This document shows, one piece after another, positions 36,901-55,710 of a stretch of 64,000 nucleotides of DNA; within the stretch, counting starts at the first letter, position 1, and each line of letters starts with the position of its first letter. Origin of the DNA: Chrysomallon squamiferum (lineage: Eukaryota > Animalia > Mollusca); contig CM022672.1 of assembly GCA_012295275.1 (NCBI GenBank), positions 12,772,001-12,836,000 of the forward strand, in the 5' to 3' direction. Made by a program: the position numbers and the translations under genes. The notes under the pieces were generated by a model. The model did not search any database. It saw only the letters and a list, made by a program, of their open reading frames with translations, and was not told the DNA's origin.

Positions 36901-39900
36901 GTTTGTTACGTAGATACTGTCTTTTGGACATGACAAAGTTTTCAAACTGCTTTGAACGTTTCTGACCATTTCCCAAACCAATGTTTCTGTACAAACATTA
37001 ATGGGAATAACATTAAAATGTCTAATTTTCAATTTTATGAATAATAATAATAATAATAATAATGATGATAAAAAAAAAAATGGAATAAAATAAAATTGAA
37101 AACAAAAAATATAATGTAAAAATTTTTTAAAATAATAATAATAAATTAATACTAAAAAAAGGTATATATGTATCTTGATTCACAATTCTCATTTATCAAA
37201 CTTTTTAGCTGAGTACTGTTTTTTGTGCTTAATTAAAATAAATAATCACGGCTCCAATTATTTTATTACTTAAAATATAACAGATGTTCATATGACTACC
37301 ATGTCAGTATTGTTTTATCACCTACAGCAGATACTTTTAATTATAATGTAAATTCAAATCTAAAAAACTATATATATATATATATATATCTCAATGAATA
37401 GTTAAAAAGTCTTTATAGACAAATAAAATATCTAAACAATTGCTGTAATTTTCCATAATGACCTTTTTTTTAAATCCTCTGTAATGAACGTTCACTAACG
37501 TATTCAATTATTACTCAGATAATTTTAATTTGAAGTGAAGTTTAAAAAAATAAATTATTATAAAGTTTACTTAGATAAATAAAATAAGTAAATAATTGCT
37601 GTAATTTTCACAATCCATTGTAGTTAAAGTCTACTAACATGCAATGTTACCACTCCCTGAAAACAACCTTTCTGTCATTTCTTAAAGAAAATTTAAATGT
37701 AATTTCTATACATACTTTTTGCCTCTTCGGCCTGTCATGGCTATCTGACTGTCATCATAAGATTTCAGTGAAGCAAGACGTCTTGCTTCAGTTAACAAAC
37801 CCACAAGATGACGCGCCTTGGCTGCACATTCTTCTTTTGTTGCTAAAAATACACATTTTATCCTATCTACAGCTATCACAACATATTTAAAATATATTAT
37901 TATTATTATTATTATTATTATTAGGCGAATAATTTGTTCTTTCTTCAGACAGCCTATATAAAACTATGTTTTATGTTAATAAAAATAAAATATCTTTGCA
38001 TGAGGAAAAATAACATTTAGATCTTCTTTATTTTCTTCAGATTGTTGCAAATAATAAATCGTTGACATCAACGAACTAGACAAAATAAATACAGAACCTA
38101 TAACCAGAGGGTGTTTATATTAAAGAAGGTAAAAGATGCTTGAATTATAAAATAAACTGCTTGCCACAAACTAGCTGATCCATGTCTGATCACAAGAATT
38201 CATCAGTTGAAGATAAAAGAGCTATGTGTATAATCACTACATGGCAATTTAAAATAACGTTAATGAAATTCAAAACATACAGCCACGGAGAATGTATCGT
38301 TGTAGACATTTGCATGGTGTTCTCTTAATTGTTGGACAGTAAAGATCTTCGACTGAAATATAAATTAAAATTTTAATTGAAATTTTAAAAGAGACATTTT
38401 AATTCAAATTAATTTTAATTTCATATTAAGCAATAAAATTTTAATGACATTTTAATTCAAATTAAAAAAATAATTTAATTCATATTAAAACATAAAATTT
38501 TAATTCATATTAAGCAATAAAATTTTAATTCAAATTAAGCAATAAAATTTTATTTCAAATAAAATATATCACAAAATCTTTGAAACAGTATAAAAAAAAG
38601 AGTTAGTCTCAACTGAACTAATGATAAAATGTCAATAAATGTTTTTCTGTATTAATCTACTCTGTTAATACTTGTTAATACTCTATAAGCATTAAAAACC
38701 TTGTCAAACATAACACCACAGGAAAATCAGTGACAAAGAAACCTACTTTTAGGCACTTTTAAATCTTTAGCTAGTGTTGCTGCAAAACGTTTGGCTTCAG
38801 CCAAATATTTCTTTTTATCATCTTCTGTCAGAGTTGGTTTAGGTGTCCTCTTTGGAGGTTTAGGCCTGTCTAGTGCTAAACCTGTGAAAAAATAAACTAT
38901 GGTAAAATATACATTATCACAGTAATTGATCTTTGTTAATCATTATATTTTAGAGTGATCTAAAAGTAAATCCAAAATTTTAAAAATTAGGATTAGTTTT
39001 AATTTCTTTTTTCCTTTTTTCTTTTTTAACCCTTTAGTTATCTCATGGATTGTATAATGTTATTTATTCGTAACAAAAATAGAAATGATAAAATAAAAAT
39101 AAAAATATAAATTACATTCTAAACTCTCTTTCTCACACAGATAATCCTTTTTCAGACATTAACAGTAATAAGGAACATCACAAAAATAATATCTTGCTCA
39201 TTATAAAATTATGAAATTAAAACATTAAGATAACATATGTTAACCCTTCAGGGCTTGCACTATTTATCATACAGGAATAATCTTTAAGACCGATTTTGGG
39301 GCTATTTGGTCAAAAATGAAAACAAGAAGTATCATAGAACATTCATTATTATTAAGGAATTGGAAACGGCAACATCACCTCATAATTCCTAAAATAAATT
39401 TAAAGCAAAAATGTATGTGGGTTTGTCTGACACTGCCCGATTCTTGAAGGGTTAAATAAAAAAATGTTGTTTTCTTTCATGCTAACTTACCACAGGCGTT
39501 ACACAAAGTCAACTTGCGACCTGTCGTCATGTCCAGCTTGATGCGAGGACATGGCTGATGTTTGCTGCGTTTTGTCCGAGATCCTCTCTTTGACATCAGA
39601 GGATTGCAGACATACGGAGATTTACACAAATCACAACAAAAAGGCATTCCTAGTAAAACAAAACAAAAAAAAAACAAAAAAAAAAATACTGCAATACTGA
39701 TGTGTTATATTACAACAAATTCTGAATATATTTTATATTTCAACAATTAAGATATTTTCTAGCAGTGGGGCACATCTGGCACATTAATGTTTTGGAGAAT
39801 TTGTTATATTAAGAACTTTTCAAGCAGTGAAATAAATGATGGGGCACATCTGGGCAGACACCTCATTTATGTTTTAGATCAATATATATTGCTTTTCAGC

Positions 39901-40410
39901 AACTTAAATAATTTATTTTTTACATAATACTTAATAAAAACAGACCATAGAGCTTAACTTTACTTTAATTTAAGAACTAAACATTCAAATGCATAATGAT
40001 GATATATTATCTACATGTATTTTTCAATCATTAATGTGCTAAATATTTTAAGTCTTTATATAAAAATTAAAAATTACTGTTTAGTTTTGGTTTAGTTAAA
40101 TAATTAACCATTTTATATCACCTGCATTCATGTTTCTAGAAGGCTACTTCAAGGTAAATACAAATAAAATTATTTCACATTTACAGTGGTATTGTTTTAG
40201 TTATCCTTTTCAAATTTAAATTTGGCACTAACCATTAGGCAGTCTATCATAAGGTCTATTGGCACCATAAGACGGAGGTAACAGATTATGTTTTTTCTTT
40301 TTTCTTTTATGGCCTCCCTGTGTGCTTATCGCACCAAGATCAATATCTGGAGAGAAAGAACGCTTTTTTCGTTTAGGTCTTTCACTTTTTCTGCCAAATG
40401 AAGAATCCAT
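30994..40410 (-). CDS. Uncharacterised putative transcription factor (~1261 aa, 12 coding exons): NLS, atypical GATA-like Cys4 finger, two Cys/HTH-like modules, Q/S/T/P-rich tail
   Basis: Exons 40410-40233, 39649-39491, 38881-38747, 38352-38281, 37842-37716, 36986-36821, 36372-36268, 35205-35103, 34814-34626, 34216-34065, 33845-33087, 32634-30994 all join in frame (3786 nt). Motifs PKRKKR, HKRKKKK, CDLC-X40-CNACG, poly-Q. An acceptor 2 nt before the ATG implies an upstream exon, so the true start is uncertain. Confidence 0.88.
36110..36240. repeat. Intronic minisatellite, ~46-bp unit x ~3
   Basis: tttgtg(g/c)aaaattt(c/a)caatt...ttattct(g/a)tctgcaattttgtg repeated. Confidence 0.8.
39244..39451. 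mobile_element. piggyBac-like MITE (208 bp)
   Basis: TTAA (39240-39243) + CCCTTCA... ...TGAAGGG + TTAA (39452-39455): TTAA TSD and CCCTT termini characteristic of piggyBac; no ORF. Confidence 0.75.
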
Positions 40411-40680
40411 ATCTACATTTCAGTGAAAAAGAAAGAAAGAAAGAATTAAGTATTATCTTATGTTTTTTAAAAATAAATACTATTATATCAGTTATTGATA
40501 AAAGTGGTAAAATAATATTTTATAAAATGCTATAAGCCTATATAGATATTGAATTTGAAGGTTTTTGTGGGTTTTTTTTTTTTTTATATAGCTGTTGTTT
40601 TGTTGCTGTGTTTTTCTCATTATGTAATAAAATAAACACTACTGATAATAAGCAATAAATTCAACATGAGAGGTCTGATC

Positions 40681-40768
<88 letters not shown>

Positions 40769-41994
40769 TAAAAAATATTCGGGACATATTACATATCTTA
40801 CCCATAACAATATTTATAGACAGCAACTTAATTTAAGTACAAAGAAACAAGAAAATTAAACTTATGTTGCAAAACGATTATTTTTACTACTTAGTACTTT
40901 TCAGTTTCTAATAAACAAATTATATTAAAGAAAACTATCTAATACTGTCATATTTTGACTTAAAGTCTCAAACGTTGCAAACGTATTATATTTGACATCA
41001 ATAAATTCAAAAAGGTGTTTTATGCTGCATGTTAATCTGCATTAAAAAAGTTGTTAATAATTATAACCTTTAAACAATTACTGCAGAATTCTGTACCGAA
41101 TCAAAATAAAACTCCTCCATAAAGAGTTGCGTCCCTTTGGTCTCATGCCACAGTTATTTATTACAAAACATTAGGAATAAATTATGACGGCTATATCAAT
41201 GACTCCTATTCTTACGAATTCATTTATCGAGCAAATTCAATGCTAATAAATTATATTACCCGAAATAGATGTATTTCAGAATGTAAGTGAATATGTTTTC
41301 ATGTGGATGTATAGTATTTATTTACAGACTACAAGCAATTGTCTTCAAACACTATATTATTATTATATTATATTTATGTTATAATATATTATTTATTTAT
41401 TTATTTATTTTGTTTCTCCATGATTAACTGTTCTAAATATCTATAAAAATGTACTCTTTTCCTTTTCCCTTTATTTCTTGTTTCCTTCCTTTATTTCTTT
41501 TATGTTTTCTTTTTGTTATATTGTTATTTTCAGTATTACTATTATTAGCACCCGGTTTCAAAACACTGTTCCATATAATGTATAAATAAAACAAATGACA
41601 TACTGAATGGTATGTCGCTGCTTAAACCCAGTCCTTAACCTTGCAATAGACTTATTCTACCTGGTGGTATAAAAATAGCTCGATCATGTATCGTAACAGT
41701 AATGGCACGTCCTTAAACACTGTCGTAAAACTTGCAATAGCCTAATTCTACCTGGTTGTATAAATATCTTGAATTATATAACTTAACCATACCAGTAATA
41801 TCATTAAAAAGAGGGCTTGCGCAAGAAGACATAAGGTTTACAATCTTAGCCTATTTACCTTCGCTGAACAGTGGTTAAAAATCGTTCGTAAAGTATACTC
41901 TTAATACTGTAAAGGCAAGGCAATCATCCGCGAAAAAATTAAGACACTAACAACAACACTGATCGACTGTTATTTTTGAAAAACAGAAGTTAAA

Positions 41995-43475
41995 ATGAAT
42001 TCCAGGTAAGCACATTGATCGTACAAATGCAGGTTTTTAGATTCTATGAATATTTTAATCGCACTAGATTTATATAGTTTTCCTTTTTGCTGTGTTCCGA
42101 TATTCAGTGGTCGTTCCACTTGGTCTGGTACATACTACACCCGTTTTACTTACAACTTGTTAATACAAGAGCCAACAGCGCTATGAAAAAGCGATATAGT
42201 AATAATAGTCATTATATTACATCTCAAATGAAATTAAAGTAATTCAGGCTTAGTGTTAGTTGTAAAAGGGTTGTTTGTACGACCAAGAAAGAACGCAGAG
42301 AGATTGATTTTCACGGAATTTAGACAGATAAAAACACAAATACCAAAGCTTCTTCATTATTATGAAATACTTAAAATAATTATCTTTGTCGGCGTCTTTA
42401 TCAGCATTTGTTCATCAGATTAACATATTTCTTTTTCGACATATTTATCACTACTTTGCCATCCTGAAAGAGAATAATTATTTTGGTCGACGTATTTATC
42501 AGTACGTCTTCATCGTACTGACATGTAGGATCTTTGTTGATTTACACTAAAATAATAAGAATTTCTTAATCAAATATTTTTTATCACTGATTGCTTTATT
42601 CACCTACAGGTCATTTAAAAGCAGTTTTCGGAGTCGAGTCAAATTTCAGAAACTTCAATCCCAAACAGGATATCAATGTTTTTTCACAATGTTTTTGGGT
42701 AAGATCTTCAAATATCTCTTTTACCGATCGATTTCTGGAAACTTCTAAAATATGGTTTGAATCATTAATCCTACTGAATTATTTTAATTTTTAATATATT
42801 TTTTAAAAAGACCTTAATGTTATATTGCATTTTTGAAGTCTGATACTAATAGTGAATAAAAGTACAGTGTGTTTATGCTATCGCAGAAAAAAAAAAAAAT
42901 GGAGAGAAAACTTCTGTTATTATTATTATCATTATTAATATTATTAATAACACTAGATCATTGCAGTTTCAGAGATTGTACCTTAAGTCTATGACAAAAT
43001 GTCTTTGTTCATACATCGTAATGATTTATTTTAATTAATTAATTTTTTTTTTTTTTTATTTTTTTTGCGTATATTACTTAACTTTCTTTGTCGCTATAAA
43101 CAAATAAAATTATTAACTGAATGAATATTAAACATTTTTTATTCTGTTTGTTCGTAAAATCAGTGTGATATTGAAAACATGGCTGAGATTTCAGTTCGTT
43201 AACCACAGTAATGTCACCACTAATCTGTCGTAATCTTTCAGTATTATAACAAATTTTCTTTGTAGCTGTCACAATCATGATGTGTCTGTTAATCATCATT
43301 GGATTTCCTAAAATTGTTATAGGTAAATTATCTTCCTTTTTCTCGTTTTCATATATTTTTTTCCTATCTGAATGTAATTATTTCTCAATGAAGCGTAACA
43401 TAATTTTTTTTTTTTTTTTCAGTATAGTCAGTGTATAATTAGTATATTAGCTATATGTGTTTTATATGCTGTATG

Positions 43476-43529
<54 letters not shown>

Positions 43530-45009
43530 TAAATATAATGTTACACAAATGCAGAGATAATCCACAATTGAAATCCGAACTCGCCACAAATCCAGCATCG
43601 AATGCAATATATTTACCTTGACTTTGATGGCTGTCGTTTTCGGCCATATTTATTAAGTAAGTAATTTTATAAAGAAACTGTTACAGGTCCTATTTCACGC
43701 GAGCTTATCTTCTCAAATTAAATTCAGACTACGAGGTATAAAATGTAGTCCAGTGATAAAGCGCTCCCTTGTCATAAAACATTGTGATGAGTCATAATAT
43801 GAATTTCTTTCAGAGGAGTTAAGTGAAAATTAGATGTGTGATGTAATTTAACTTTTCTAAACTGACTTGGTTTGTTGACCACCCTTTAGTAATGATTATA
43901 CAAAATCCAGTTTAATTGATATCTAATAACGTTTTGCACTGTGGTTAAGCATATAACCATTCTTTTACTGAGATATACATATATATATATCTAAATCTAT
44001 CTTTTTATTTAACAGGTGTTGAATACATTCGGGCCTGTCCACTTGCTCCCTATGTACCTATTTACCTGGTTGTGTCTGGATGTGTAGGCATAGCGTGTCC
44101 TCTCTACAGTGTGTATCTGTGGATGTGTGTGTTCGGTCGAGTGAACGCTCATTTAGAAAAGACTGTGTGGGTTCTGATCTGGATTATCCTTGCTTTAACA
44201 GTTCCAATAGTTCAACTTGCAGGTTAGTACGTTCTGTCTGTCTGTCTGTTAGTCTCATTCTCTATTTGTTTCTATGATAAATAAAAAATTAACATTTTTT
44301 TCCCATGCACATAGTTTTAATCTCAGACATATACTGTCATATCTCTCTCACTCACTCTCTCATCTTTTTCTTATACACATCCCACATAAATATTTACACA
44401 CTATCATATCTGACTTACACACACACACACACATACACACACACACTCCTCCGCATGCTTAAGATAAATTTTTAACTATACTTGCATATAAATTATATAT
44501 TATTATTTTAATTAACAGGTGGCTCATACATCATTTACATATACACCAACATCAACAACTCGCTCCAGTCTTGTTCAGTTACACGCAATGCCTTAATCGA
44601 AGCACAAACTACAATTCAGAATTCACTAGCAGAAAACAGTTATGTTCGAAACGTAGACATATCAACGATGACGACGGCAAAAACAGCAACGTCGACGTCG
44701 GCATCATTAGGAACAACAGCAGGAGCAGCAAAAGCAAGGGTTAATTATTCATCGGTAGCAGAACCAGAATTAATAATTTACAACGACACAAATCAAACTA
44801 TTTTCCAAACAACTGCTGAAAATTTCACTTCGTGTCTGTTCTGTGATCGTGTTGTGATGGACTGTGCTTTCGTGACTGTGTGCTTAGAGTACATATTAGT
44901 AGTGTTGCCTATGATAATCATGAGTATTGCTGTGGCGTCGTTTAGACGACAGGAGTCCACGGGAGACGTTGCTGTACATACTGCTGATGATGACGATGTT
45001 ATTACTTAG
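41995..45009 (+). CDS. TMEM272-like four-TM membrane protein, paralog 1 (~284 aa, 5 exons)
   Basis: Exons 41995-42005, 42610-42698, 43266-43322, 44016-44222, 44519-45009 join in frame. Signature KIVIGVEYIRACPLAPYVPIYLVVSG, LAGGSYIIY, and FCDRVV before TM4. Family call is from motif recall. Confidence 0.82.
43743..43965 (+). mobile_element. Degenerate tRNA-derived SINE relic in paralog 1 intron 3
   Basis: Head atgtagtccagtgataaagcgctc resembles a tRNA A-box (GTAGCCCAGTGGTAAAGCG); the remainder is highly decayed and the 3' boundary approximate. Confidence 0.35.
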
Positions 45010-45720
45010 AGTTACACACACTGCATTGTTGAATATATGATCTATCTACCTATCTATATGTAAATGTATACAGCTTTTATCTATATCTATGTCTGTGTCT
45101 CTATTTCTCTCTTTCTTTGTTAATATATATATATATGTATGTATGTATGTATACATACACACATAACACATACACACACACATATATATATAGCTGCTGT
45201 TGCTACTGCTTCTGTTTTTACAGCTTCTCTGACAGCTGTATCGAAATGTTCATGATAACAGCGCTAAAACTTCTGTTAATAAGACAACCACTGTAGCCGA
45301 CATACCTGCCTATGTAAGTTATGTTTCTCACTGATGCTTTTTCTTGCAAATATTTCTACTACATTTGCACACACACTCTCTATCAGCGTATGCCGCTTTT
45401 TCCTTTTTGAGAAATTGCCAAGTGTCTTCGTTGTTATATAACCTAAATACGTTTATGTAAACCAACACACGGAACAAAAACAACAAAAAGAGACTATATC
45501 TCATGATAATAGAGGATAAGAGAACACGGAAAAGAAAGAAAAGAAAAAAAGAAAAGAAGAAGAAAAACATTGTTTTGCTTCACGTCTATACCACAGACAT
45601 ACGGTTGTTACTGAACAGTGTCTTTGTGCGGTATTATCTAAACGTTCCGAATTAAGCCGAGTAACTGGAAGTAAGGCAAAGAAAGAAAGAAGTGTTATTT
45701 CCGCATGTGACAAATGTCGA

Positions 45721-45875
45721 TACAGTAAAACCTCGATTTACAGGATCTCGATTCAAAAGGCGTTCGGATTTAGCGAACAAACGTTTTGGCGGTCTAATTC
45801 CTTTTGTTCCAGTGGCGTACATAAGGTATGGAAAGCATGGCACGTGCCCTGGGCGCCACTTAAAATGAGGCAACA
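45721..45875 (+). mobile_element. Adjacent DNA-transposon end relics (pogo/Tigger-like at 45723; hAT-like at 45810)
   Basis: TA+CAGTAAAACCTCG resembles pogo/Tigger TIRs; CAGTGGCGT at 45810 matches the TIR start of the hAT-like MITE at 62214-62480. Partner ends not identified. Confidence 0.45.
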
Positions 45876-46229
45876 ATTAACCTTGACTGGTGTTTTTTTA
45901 GCTGATTTTATTGTAACGTTATCTGAAAGATGGTGTCAGATGTTTGGACTGCTTGTCATCGGGGCTATTTTACGCAGGATAGGGTTCTATTTCGTTCAGA
46001 AGTGTGAGTGTCTTCAGTAATTCACGTTGTTGTAGGTGTGATTGTTGATTTGAATGGTCTAACACCTCTTTTACCATACGTCATCTGATTCCAATGTCTG
46101 CATAATTACTTTGTGATTTTAACTTTTTTTAATGAAATATTTCACGTAACAGTATTATCATTTTAAAATATCTGCCATTTAAAAAAAAAAAAAAAAAAAA
46201 AAAAAATAATAATAAAAAAAAAAAAGAAA

Positions 46230-46275
<46 letters not shown>

Positions 46276-46957
46276 AAGAAAGAAAGAAAATAAAGAAAAT
46301 TATTTCCTACTTTGTCTATGTTTGTTACTGAACACTACAACCAAGTGGTATTTACCGTATACTGAGAATAAAGCATACAAAAAAAAAAAAAGAGAAAGAA
46401 ACGATGAAGAGAAAGTGATTTTTTTCCCCTCAGCTCGGTGTTTATTGTGTGGTAGCTGTAATAAATGGATGTTGAAAATGTAGCAGAATAATTTAAAAGT
46501 GAGAAAAGCGTTTTACATCTGACTGGATGGTTTTATTATGCGGTGTTATAAAATAGTAATACTTCCTTCAGCAGAACAATTCTCGACTTCACGAGGCAGC
46601 CTCTTGGGCGCGACCATATTATAATCACTATTGTTGCTACTGGACAGCATTATTATATGGTCAATGTAATAAAAAAAAATAATAATAATAAAAAAAATTA
46701 TTTGAGAATAGGCCAAATAACTGTAAAGAAAAAAGATCGTTTTATGACATGTGTGGTTACATAGCAGTGTTATACTGTAAGAATGATAACTGAATGTTTA
46801 CAAACAAACTGAATAATCGTAAACAGGAAAGGTTTGAAAATGACGTTTTATCTGTAAGGAAATCGAAACAGTCATTTGGATACACCTAGAGTTGTGAACT
46901 AATGACGTAAGTGAGGTCTGGATTAATTAACTGCAACTCTCTGTAGATAAAATCGTC

Positions 46958-51929
<4,972 letters not shown>

Positions 51930-52582
51930 TATTTGGATTTTGCATGAAATCTGGATGTCAGCTGCAAAAGGTACGTCTGATACAAAGCGAAAAGTAACTT
52001 CTGAAAGATGGTTATTTTTAGATTCACTGGTGCCTTAGCCAAACGTATGTATAATTTTATAACATGTGTTTTTAATCTTAACAATATGCGATCCATTTTT
52101 AAAATGCCCCTAATGTCGTGACCCACAATCAATAAAAACAACGTGAATAAATTTCATGTTTTTTTATATATACACCTGTTGTATAAAAATTGTTAGACTG
52201 CATTTTGCAAAAACATTAAATCGAAACTCTAACGTGTAGCAGCAACTTTAATACTTTGTTTTGTTTTGTCGAACATAGAAAAATCAGAATAATAAAATCT
52301 TATGCCTTTGTATATGATATACATTGTCTGTGTGTGTGAGTGCGTGCGTGTGAAGGTTTATAGACTGATGTTACTGTTGTTGCTATAATTATATTTATAC
52401 TACTAGTATCATATATCTACTACTACTACAACTACTAGTATATCTAGTACTACTCCTACTCCTACTGCTATGCCTGCTGCTACTCCTCCTACTACTACTA
52501 CTACTACTACATCTACTACTTTTTATACCAATAATTAATATAAATTAACTTTTACTGTGTTTTGAAGGTTGTGTTCTGTGTT

Positions 52583-52783
<201 letters not shown>

Positions 52784-53885
52784 ACAGTTAACTTGTCCGC
52801 ATCTGTTACAAAAAGCAGGAATATAAAACAGTCTGAGCTGTGTTTAGATCGATAAATAAAATTTAATATTCAGATGTTATTTACAGCTGTGTAACACAGT
52901 AACATGTGACATTTTACGTTATTATAGAGATATTGCATGCCTGGTTTAAACCATATGATGTATTTAAATTTTAAATTAATTAAATACAAGTGTATAAAGC
53001 TGGAATGTTATCTTAATTATTTGTAATATGTCATGTAATAAAGAGGGTGGAAAATTTCTCTTTCAGTTTGTTTCAACAAAAGTTAAATACTCTTTCAAAA
53101 TTTATTTAAAAAAAAAAAGAAGGAATAAAGTCAGTACTAAAACAGGCATTACTATTGCTCCTCATCCTACTACTACAACTAAACTACTACTATCACCACC
53201 ACTACCACTACTACTATTATTATTACTGTTCCTACTGCTATTAAAATATTATTATATTACCAACTACAACTAATAAAACTAAAGTATAATTATCAAACCA
53301 TCCACGCTGCTACTATTATTTCCATATAACTAATCCTAATTTTACTACTACTACTACTGCAACTACTGCTATTTCCACTATTACTACTGTTTTACAACTA
53401 CTGATATCACTGATTTACTATTCCAAATAATATAACATTTTGAAAATTGATGTAAAAAACAACAACAAAATAAATAAAAGGAAAAGGAAGAAGGGAGAAA
53501 GATAAATATACATCAGTATTTTTTAAATTAAAAAACATTAAAAGATATGCTCTCGATTTTTATCTAATGAAATCATTATTATTTAGCAAATAAATACAAA
53601 CTACAAAAAGTTAATAAACTTTATCATTTTGCCAAAGATGTGAAACAGAAAAGTATTTTATTTATTTATTTATTTTTTAAATATAACCAAAATAAATTCT
53701 TTACAAAGGTTGACGTTTGTTTTTCTCTATTAACATTTGTATAATTTTTGTTGTGTTACTTCTTACGTACAAGTCTATAAAATGTTAATGTTTTGATATA
53801 ATTGTGTATTTGTTTTGTCTTTGAGCAAAATTGGTTGTTTGTTTCGTCACATATAACGCAGAAAAATAAGAGTAGCTAAAATATG

Positions 53886-53950
53886 TACAGGTACCGGACC
53901 ACTTATCCGGCGTCCTGAAATCCGGAAAGACCAGAAAACCGGAGGTTTTT
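53886..53950 (+). mobile_element. Tc1/pogo-like terminal relic (related end at ~60896-60960)
   Basis: TA+CAGGTACCGGACCACTTATCCGG; a similar TACCGGTACAGACCATTTATCAGG lies at 60896 in the same orientation; no partner TIR found. Confidence 0.35.
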
Positions 53951-54697
53951 TCCTGACGCTATTTTCATAGTTGGAGCGCGCGGGTTTTGTCCTCACCAGA
54001 CCGGAACTACTCTTTCAGGCCGCGTGGCGTTCATACACTCGCCGTATTGTTTAATGAATGGTGAAACAAGTTTAAAATTTAAATAAATATATATTAGCCA
54101 CTGCACAGCGACACGCATACAGAAACACACACACACACAGACACACAATGACAAATACATATGTAAAAGATCTACGACTGAAAAACAATAAAAACAACTT
54201 ACCGTCAACTTACAACTTAGATAAACTTAGATGAATGTGCACGTGAACAAACGAGTGATAGAGTAACCTTAACAGTAAATCCTGTAAAATAAAAATTTAG
54301 TAAACTTAAATCAATAATAAATTAATTATCTTTATTGTTGTTGTTGTTGCTGACGACGATGATGATTATAGTGAATTAGATTTTATGAATTATTCAGCAA
54401 ATTGGACAATTATGGAAATACAATACAGTAATGATATACTTAAAGGAAGTTTTGACCTTTGTGATAATTAGACCCATTATGAAATTTCTAAGCACTGTTT
54501 CATTTATTAGTCTTGATTATTCTGGGGCAAATCCAATATTTTAGACAAATGGGGCGTTAATAAAGTGAATAATTTTCAAAATAAAATTAGTTTATAAAGA
54601 AAAAATCTTCGATCGGAAAATAATAATAATAATAAGAAGAAGAAGAAGAACATGAAGGAAAAAAAAGAACAACAATAACAACAATAATGAAAATGAC

Positions 54698-54738
<41 letters not shown>

Positions 54739-55032
54739 TATTGATGATGATCATGATGATTATAAAATAGGTTGATTATTAAAAAATCAGAATGAATTTT
54801 AGGCTGATTGTCACATATCAACCGCTTATTAATAAAGTGACGATATTACACAGATTATAAAACACTACTATCACCATCAAAACTGCTTTCAACAGCAAAA
54901 GTGTTATTGTCTTGTTCACTACCAACAGAATCTTTTATTTCCTTAATACGTTATATAATTTTGTTCAGCAAACTACACAGTCATAGGCTTAAATAATGAA
55001 ATAAAAAAAAAAATAAAAATAAAAATAAAAAA

Positions 55033-55104
<72 letters not shown>

Positions 55105-55660
55105 TACTAACAATTTAAAAATAAAATAACGAATATGTTAAACGAAAAACAGTTCAGGTAAGAAAGAGCATGAAGATATATCGTCAAAAAACCCACAATA
55201 AAATAAAAAATAAAAATAAATAAATAAATAAAAATAAATAATAAAATAAAATAAAATAAATGAACTCCATGAAAACCAAAAAACAAAACAAGCATTAACC
55301 ATCTCACACCATCTGATCTAATTTTAGGAGTTAGTGATCTCCAGGAATTAAAATATGGAATTAAATAGTGCTGCCCAGTTTAATTATACTTAAGCTCTTT
55401 TAAAATAAATCAGGTTCCCACACGCTTCTAATTTCACTCCTTAAATATTCTTAATATCTATTAAATTTACGTATCAGAAATAAACACAAAAGAATGCAGT
55501 TGAGTATAAGCAATAATAAAAAAGGAGAGACTGGTTCTGTTATGTTAATTAACTGCAGTGTGACAGCTGATACTGTAAATAAATAACTACACTACTAGTT
55601 ACTTTGGAAGTCAGATTTCTAACAAGAACTTTCGATTACGACAATAAGAGGATGAATGCA

Positions 55661-55710
<50 letters not shown>

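Noticed and set aside
42605-43299. Possible separate minus-strand gene (ORF 43078-43299 and an open frame at ~42605-42770)
   Set aside because: The region is better explained by plus-strand exons 42610-42698 and 43266-43322 of TMEM272-like paralog 1; no consistent minus-strand splice path.
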